Positions 58,950 through 64,000 of a stretch of DNA of 64,000 bases are shown here, one piece after another (within the stretch, counting starts at the first letter, position 1; every line of letters begins with the position of its first letter). This stretch comes from an uncultured Sulfitobacter sp. (GTDB lineage Bacteria; Pseudomonadota; Alphaproteobacteria; Rhodobacterales; Rhodobacteraceae): the NCBI GenBank assembly GCA_965364195.1, contig CBDTVN010000001.1:721-64720 (forward strand), read 5' to 3'. A program made the translations under genes and the position numbers. Below the pieces are notes generated by a model. That model did not search any database. It saw only the letters and a program-made list of their open reading frames with translations, and was not told where the DNA came from.

Positions 58950-59570
58950 ATGGGACGCGGTGGCGCATCCAAAGATCGTGAGAGCGGGGAAGAGCGTAAG
59001 TGCCTTGCCACAGGCGAAGTGCACCCAAAATACCGGTTGATACGTTTCGTTGTTGGACCGGAAGGTCAGGTTTTCGCGGATGTTATGGGCAAATTGCCTG
59101 GTCGCGGTATGTGGGTGACAGCAGATCGTGCTGCACTCGAACTGGCGGTGAAGAAGGGGTTGTTCTCGCGTAGCGCGAAGCAGCCTGTTAAAATACCAGA
59201 GAATCTGGTGGACGAAGTTGAAAAGCAGTTGGCCCGCCGTGTGGTGGACCTCATCTCCATGCAGCGCAAAGCGGGTAAAGCCATCGCAGGCTATGAGAAG
59301 GTCAAGAGCTGGCTGCAAACAGAAGAAGCCTTAGTGTTGATCCAAGCTGTGGACGGATCAGGACGCGGCAAATCAAAACTGAGCACTCCGCACTATGGAC
59401 ACTATATCGGGTGTCTGACGGCGGATGAATTGGGTTTGGCATTCGGTCGCCAAACTGTGATACATGGGGCGCTCGCCTCTGGTGGACTCACTCTACGTGT
59501 TGTAGAGGAAGCTCACAGACTGAACGGCGTGCGCAAAAACGAGGCTGGTATCGACCAGCCGAAAGGATAG
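58950..59570 (+). CDS. ylxR: YlxR (DUF448) RNA-binding protein fused to an L7Ae-like domain
   Basis: 206 aa (RKCLATGEVHPKYRLIRFVVGPEGQVFADVMGKLPGRGMWV). It occupies the canonical position between nusA and infB. Confidence 0.8.
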   Translation: MGRGGASKDRESGEERKCLATGEVHPKYRLIRFVVGPEGQVFADVMGKLPGRGMWVTADRAALELAVKKGLFSRSAKQPVKIPENLVDEVEKQLARRVVDLISMQRKAGKAIAGYEKVKSWLQTEEALVLIQAVDGSGRGKSKLSTPHYGHYIGCLTADELGLAFGRQTVIHGALASGGLTLRVVEEAHRLNGVRKNEAGIDQPKG

Positions 59571-59579
59571 ACGAGCTAG

Positions 59580-62051
59580 ATGAGCGATAATGACGGCAGA
59601 AAAACACTGGGCCTCGGTGGCTCACGTCCCAGCAACGTAAAGCAAAGCTTTAGCCATGGGCGGACCAAGAATGTTGTAGTGGAGACCAAGCGCAAGCGCG
59701 TTGTGGTTCCCAAGCCTGGTGGGCAAAAGCCAAGCGGCCCGGGTGCGGGCCCTGTTGGTGATCCTACCAAGCGTCCCGCAGGTATTACAGATTCCGAAAT
59801 GGAACGTCGCCTGAAGGCTGTTCAAGCTGCGAAAGCGCGTGAGGTCGAAGAGGCCGCAACGCGAGCCGCTGAAGAGAAAGCGCGCGCAGAAGACCGCGAG
59901 CGCCGCCGTGCGGAGATCGACGCCAAAGAGGCGGAAGACAAGGCCCGCGAAGCAAGCCTCAAGGCGAAGGCCGAAGATGAAGAGCGCGCTAAGCGTGATG
60001 CGGAAGCAGCAGCCCAAGCGGCAGCCCGCCCAGCATCCGAGCCTGCGGCAGCCCGCGCTGCGCCCAACAAGGCGCTCCCCTCTGCCACGCCGCGCAAGAC
60101 AGAGCGTGACCGTGAGGAAACCAACAAGAAGAACCGCCAGGACGATGATCGCCGGTCAGGTAAGCTGACCGTTAATCAGGCGATGCGTGGTGGCGAAGGC
60201 GGCCGTCAGCGCTCCATGGCGCAGATGAAGCGTAAGCAAGACCGTGCCCGTGCGAAAGCGATGGGCGGTAATGTTGAGCGCGAGAAGATCATTCGCGACG
60301 TGCAGTTGCCACCAGCGATTGTTGTCTCCGAGTTGGCCGCACGTATGGCTGAGAAGACAGGCGCAGTTGTAAAAGCACTGATGAACAGTGGCCTGATGAT
60401 CGGTCAGAACGAGACGATTGATGCCGACACAGCAGAGCTCATCATCGAGGAGTTCGGCCACAAGGTTGTGCGCGTTTCCGATGCTGACGTCGAAGACGTG
60501 ATCAAGTTGGAAGTAGACGATGCGGCCGATCTGGTTGGTCGCCCACCCGTCATCACCATCATGGGCCACGTTGACCACGGTAAAACATCTTTGCTTGATG
60601 CGATCCGTAAGGCAAAAGTTGTCGCAGGCGAGGCCGGTGGCATCACCCAGCACATTGGTGCATATCAGGTCACAACCGAGGGTGGGCAGGTTCTGTCATT
60701 CCTCGATACCCCTGGCCACGCGGCCTTTACCTCCATGCGCTCACGCGGTGCACAGGTAACAGATATCGTGGTTCTGGTTGTTGCGGCGGATGATGCTGTG
60801 ATGCCTCAGACGATTGAGGCGATTGCCCACGCGAAGGCGGCCAAAGTGCCGATGATTGTGGCGATCAACAAGGTCGATAAGCCAGCGGCAGACCCTGACA
60901 AAGTGCGGGCCGCCTTGCTGCAGCACGAAGTTATCGTCGAAAAAATGTCAGGTGATGTACAGGACGTCGAAGTTTCCGCAATCACAGGCCAAGGCCTTGA
61001 TGAACTGCTTGAAGCGATTGCGCTGCAATCCGAGATCCTTGAGCTGAAAGCCAACCCTGATCGTGCCGCTGTTGGCGCCGTGATCGAGGCAAAGCTGGAT
61101 GTGGGTCGTGGTCCTGTTGCAACCGTTCTGATCCAGAACGGTACGTTGCGGACCGGTGATATTTTCGTTGTAGGTGAGCAGTACGGTAAAGTTCGCGCGC
61201 TAATCGATGATCAGGGAAATCGCATCAAAGAAGCGGGACCTTCCGTTCCTGTCGAGGTTCTTGGTCTGAACGGCACACCCGAAGCGGGTGACGTGCTGAA
61301 CGTAACTGATACCGAAGCGCAGGCGCGTGAAATCGCGGAGTACCGTGCAAACGCTGCCAAAGACAAGCGTGCAGCAGCGGGTGCGGCAACGACACTCGAA
61401 CAGCTGATGGCGAATGCCAAAGCGGATGAAGATGTGTCCGAGCTGCCCATTCTGGTCAAAGCTGACGTGCAGGGTTCTGCCGAAGCGATTGTTCAGGCGA
61501 TGGAGAAAATCGGTAATGACGAAGTCCGTGTTCGCGTCCTGCACTCAGGTGTTGGTGCGATCACCGAGACAGATGTTGGCCTTGCCGAAGCGTCAGGTGC
61601 ACCAATCATGGGCTTCAACGTCCGTGCAAACGCATCTGCCCGCAACACCGCCAACCAGAAAGGTGTCGAAATCCGCTACTACTCGATCATCTACGATCTG
61701 GTGAACGATGTGAAAGCGGCGGCTTCTGGCCTGCTCAGCAATGAGATCAAAGAAACCTTTATCGGCTACGCCAATATCAAAGAGGTCTTCAAGGTCACGG
61801 GTATCGGCAAAGTTGCAGGTTGTTTGGTCACCGAAGGGGTGGCACGCCGCTCCGCTGGTGTACGTTTGCTGCGCGACAACGTGGTTATTCACGAGGGCAC
61901 TCTCAAGACGCTCAAGCGCTTCAAGGACGAGGTGCCAGAGGTCCAGTCAGGTCAGGAATGTGGTATGGCGTTCGAGAACTACGACGATATCCGTCCGGGC
62001 GATGTGATCGAAATCTTCACACGTGAAGAAGTGACACGTACGCTGACCTAA
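59580..62051 (+). CDS. infB: Translation initiation factor IF-2
   Basis: 823 aa with a charged low-complexity N-terminus and a G domain ([24 protein letters not shown]). Confidence 0.95.
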   Translation: MSDNDGRKTLGLGGSRPSNVKQSFSHGRTKNVVVETKRKRVVVPKPGGQKPSGPGAGPVGDPTKRPAGITDSEMERRLKAVQAAKAREVEEAATRAAEEKARAEDRERRRAEIDAKEAEDKAREASLKAKAEDEERAKRDAEAAAQAAARPASEPAAARAAPNKALPSATPRKTERDREETNKKNRQDDDRRSGKLTVNQAMRGGEGGRQRSMAQMKRKQDRARAKAMGGNVEREKIIRDVQLPPAIVVSELAARMAEKTGAVVKALMNSGLMIGQNETIDADTAELIIEEFGHKVVRVSDADVEDVIKLEVDDAADLVGRPPVITIMGHVDHGKTSLLDAIRKAKVVAGEAGGITQHIGAYQVTTEGGQVLSFLDTPGHAAFTSMRSRGAQVTDIVVLVVAADDAVMPQTIEAIAHAKAAKVPMIVAINKVDKPAADPDKVRAALLQHEVIVEKMSGDVQDVEVSAITGQGLDELLEAIALQSEILELKANPDRAAVGAVIEAKLDVGRGPVATVLIQNGTLRTGDIFVVGEQYGKVRALIDDQGNRIKEAGPSVPVEVLGLNGTPEAGDVLNVTDTEAQAREIAEYRANAAKDKRAAAGAATTLEQLMANAKADEDVSELPILVKADVQGSAEAIVQAMEKIGNDEVRVRVLHSGVGAITETDVGLAEASGAPIMGFNVRANASARNTANQKGVEIRYYSIIYDLVNDVKAAASGLLSNEIKETFIGYANIKEVFKVTGIGKVAGCLVTEGVARRSAGVRLLRDNVVIHEGTLKTLKRFKDEVPEVQSGQECGMAFENYDDIRPGDVIEIFTREEVTRTLT

Positions 62052-62078
62052 TCGGCGGCTGGTAATACAATAGAAGAA

Positions 62079-62108
62079 GGGGACGGTGCAAAACACCGTC
62101 CCCTTTTT
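62079..62108 (+). terminator. Strong intrinsic terminator after infB
   Basis: GGGGACGGTG-CAAAA-CACCGTCCCC followed by TTTTT. The stem is a perfect 10 bp. Confidence 0.85.
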
Positions 62109-62129
62109 GCTATCATGCTTTGGTCAGTA

Positions 62130-62261
62130 TTACTTTTTGGTCACAGGCACGCCGGAATAAATCGTATTGTCGACCTGAACCGCAATGCGGCCATCTGGCA
62201 TCGACCGGACAAATGTCCCTTGAATGGAAACGCTGCTTCCTAATGTGATTGTACGTAGCAT
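62130..62261 (-). CDS. Possible small protein (43 aa)
   Basis: ATG 62261 (MLRTITLGSSVSIQGTFVRSMPDGRIAVQVDNTIYSGVPVTKK) has GGGGAGGA about 6 nt upstream. No function is recognisable. The longer ORF-track form (to 62324) lacks an RBS. Confidence 0.4.
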   Translation of the reverse strand: MLRTITLGSSVSIQGTFVRSMPDGRIAVQVDNTIYSGVPVTKK

Positions 62262-62377
62262 TCTAATCCTCCCCAGAACTATGCCTAAGTAGCGTACAAC
62301 GAACTGTCCCAGTTTCCACAACAATCTTATACAAATCTGCTTATTGTACTAATTTGCGAGAAACTGCCAAATACCAA

Positions 62378-62776
62378 CTAAAGCCAATCGCGCAAGACCG
62401 CGATGAGCGGAATATCAGCTTCTGGCATAGGATAATCGCGCATTTCTAAGGGCTTGACCCATTTTAGGACCTGTCCTTCGCGAGGTTGTGGAGTGCCTTC
62501 CCACTTGCGGCAGGCAAACAGGGGCATCATCAGATGGAAATCATCGTATGAGTGGCTTGCGAATGTGAGCGGAGCCAGACAAGAAGCCCAAGTATCAATC
62601 CCAAGCTCTTCGTTAAGCTCGCGGATCAGCGCCGCTTCGGGTGTCTCGCCGGTCTCTACCTTACCGCCTGGAAACTCCCAAAGCCCTGCCATGGATTTTC
62701 CCGGTGGACGTTGCGCAAGCAGGACGCGGCCGTCGACATCGATCAGCGCGACCGCAGACACCAGCACCATCTTCAT
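62378..62776 (-). CDS. mutT: 8-oxo-dGTP diphosphatase (NUDIX, MutT)
   Basis: 132 aa with Nudix box GGKVETGETPEAALIRELNEELG and LWEFPGG. The start overlaps the argJ stop by 4 nt. Confidence 0.85.
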   Translation of the reverse strand: MKMVLVSAVALIDVDGRVLLAQRPPGKSMAGLWEFPGGKVETGETPEAALIRELNEELGIDTWASCLAPLTFASHSYDDFHLMMPLFACRKWEGTPQPREGQVLKWVKPLEMRDYPMPEADIPLIAVLRDWL

Positions 62777-63999
62777 GAGCGGTAGTCGGCATTGATGCTG
62801 ATATATCCGTGGGTCAAATCGCAGGTCCAGACTGTTGCCGTGCCGGATCCAATGCCAAAATCAACGCCGATCACGATGTTTTGGCCCTTCATATGATTCG
62901 CAGTCGCCTCTTCGGAATAGCCTTCGCTTCGCCACCCGTCTTTGGCTACTTCGACATCTCCGAATCGAATGCTAAGACGGTCACGATCCGCTGCGGCACC
63001 TGATTTTCCAACCGCCATGACAACGCGACCCCAATTCGGGTCCTCGCCTGCGATAGCAGTCTTGACCAGAGGGGAGTTGGCGACAGACATGGCGTGAATT
63101 TTTGCATCCGCATCGTTCGCAGCGCCCGTCACGACAATTTCTACGAACTTGGTGGCCCCTTCGCCGTCCCGTACCACTTGATGTGCAAGGTCAAGCATCA
63201 CAGCATGAAGCGCGCTGACAAATCCGTCATGGCCCTCCACGGATACGCCGCTGGCAGCCGTTGCCGCAACAATCAAGGTGTCGGAGGTTGAGGTGTCGCT
63301 GTCCACGGTTATGGCGTTGAATGTCTTCTCGTTGCTCTGTGAGACAATCGCTTGGAGTGCCTCTTGCCCGATTTCCGCATCGGTAAAGATATAGACCAGC
63401 ATCGTCGCCATATCGGGCGCGATCATGCCAGATCCCTTTGCAATGCCCGCAATAGAGACAGTTTTACCCTCAATTTCTAATGTGGCGGAGGACCCTTTAG
63501 GAAAGGTGTCGGTTGTCATGATGGCCATTGCAGCGTCTGCAATTCCATCCGCTTTTGTGCAAGCGACGAGCGATGTTAGGGCTGCGGTAATGCGATCATG
63601 GGGCAATGGCTCCCCGATAACACCGGTAGAGGAGGTGAAGACGCGCGCCTGCGGCAGATCGCAAGCCGCTGCTACAGCTGCCGTGATTGCCTCGACCGAG
63701 GCGGTGCCGCCCTTACCGGTAAAAGCGTTGGAGTTCCCTGAATTCACAAGAATCGCCGCTGCCGCATCGCTTGGATGGCCCAGCTTTGCCTGACAGTCGA
63801 GCACTGACGCAGAGCGCGTCGCAGATCGGGTGAACGCGCCCGCAACCACCGTGCCGGGTATCAGAGCGGCCAACATTACATCGGTGCGGCCCTCATATTT
63901 TACCCCCGCTGCGGCAGTGGAAAACGTCACCCCCTCGATCACTGGAAGGGAGGGAAACGCAGCGGGCGCCAGAGGAGAAACAGCGGTGATCTTTGCCAT
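62773..63999 (-). CDS. argJ: Bifunctional glutamate N-acetyltransferase / amino-acid acetyltransferase
   Basis: 408 aa with the autoprocessing site context GMIAPDMATMLVYIFTD and the C-terminal YISINADYRS. Confidence 0.95.
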   Translation of the reverse strand: MAKITAVSPLAPAAFPSLPVIEGVTFSTAAAGVKYEGRTDVMLAALIPGTVVAGAFTRSATRSASVLDCQAKLGHPSDAAAAILVNSGNSNAFTGKGGTASVEAITAAVAAACDLPQARVFTSSTGVIGEPLPHDRITAALTSLVACTKADGIADAAMAIMTTDTFPKGSSATLEIEGKTVSIAGIAKGSGMIAPDMATMLVYIFTDAEIGQEALQAIVSQSNEKTFNAITVDSDTSTSDTLIVAATAASGVSVEGHDGFVSALHAVMLDLAHQVVRDGEGATKFVEIVVTGAANDADAKIHAMSVANSPLVKTAIAGEDPNWGRVVMAVGKSGAAADRDRLSIRFGDVEVAKDGWRSEGYSEEATANHMKGQNIVIGVDFGIGSGTATVWTCDLTHGYISINADYRS

Positions 64000-64000
64000 G

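Noticed and set aside
58224-59318. 364-aa minus-strand ORF
   Set aside because: It is antisense to the nusA C-terminus and ylxR within a canonical rimP-nusA-ylxR-infB operon, and it has no recognisable motifs.
62015-62028. CACGTG-centred near-palindrome CTTCACACGTGAAG at the end of infB
   Set aside because: It matches only about 10 of 16 positions of parS and is an imperfect palindrome, so it is most likely coincidental coding sequence.
1-64000. Search for rRNA, tRNA, tmRNA/SRP-like RNAs, CRISPR arrays, IS elements, prophage or defence-system genes
   Set aside because: I recognised no T-loop/acceptor-like tRNA signature, no regularly spaced direct repeats, and no transposase, integrase, restriction, toxin-antitoxin or phage-like ORFs. 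This visual search cannot exclude small structured RNAs.

Overview
This is a core chromosomal segment with alphaproteobacterial (Rhodobacterales-like) gene content and synteny. It holds about 60 protein genes. I could find no rRNA, tRNA, CRISPR array, transposase or integrase by eye. The main landmark is the replication-origin and segregation region. A 405-nt AT-rich, DnaA-box-dense gap lies between divergent maf and hemJ (candidate oriC, about 12.68-13.08 kb). It is followed on the + strand by hemJ-rho-mnmE-mnmG-rsmG-parA-parB. Two perfect 16-bp parS palindromes sit inside the 5' ends of mnmG (16254) and rsmG (18147). The rest is housekeeping: addA(3' part)-trxA, hslVU, smr-mltA-tim44-like, fxsA, secB, dnaQ-coaE-aroE-maf, hemW-rdgB-rph, hrcA-grpE, mutS, maeB, argG, ilvA, hslO, cca, a tandem ABC exporter pair, hemH, grxC, ubiG, pip, rimP-nusA-ylxR-infB, mutT and argJ. 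Three stretches look accessory or compositionally odd. One is a lower-GC DUF563/GT61-like glycosyltransferase gene between mutS and maeB. The second is a lower-GC cell-envelope islet (two L,D-transpeptidases, a CAP-domain lipoprotein and a 60-aa membrane peptide). The third is the origin-proximal block from rho to hemW, which looks lower in GC than its flanks in hand counts. Other points worth a second look are an orphan Hpt plus REC-PP2C signalling pair, a G11 homopolymer inside cca, and a half-length orphan family-5 solute-binding protein. I did not find a convincing novel multi-gene system (defence, toxin or secretion). All calls rest on reading the sequence and the ORF track, and no database search was run.
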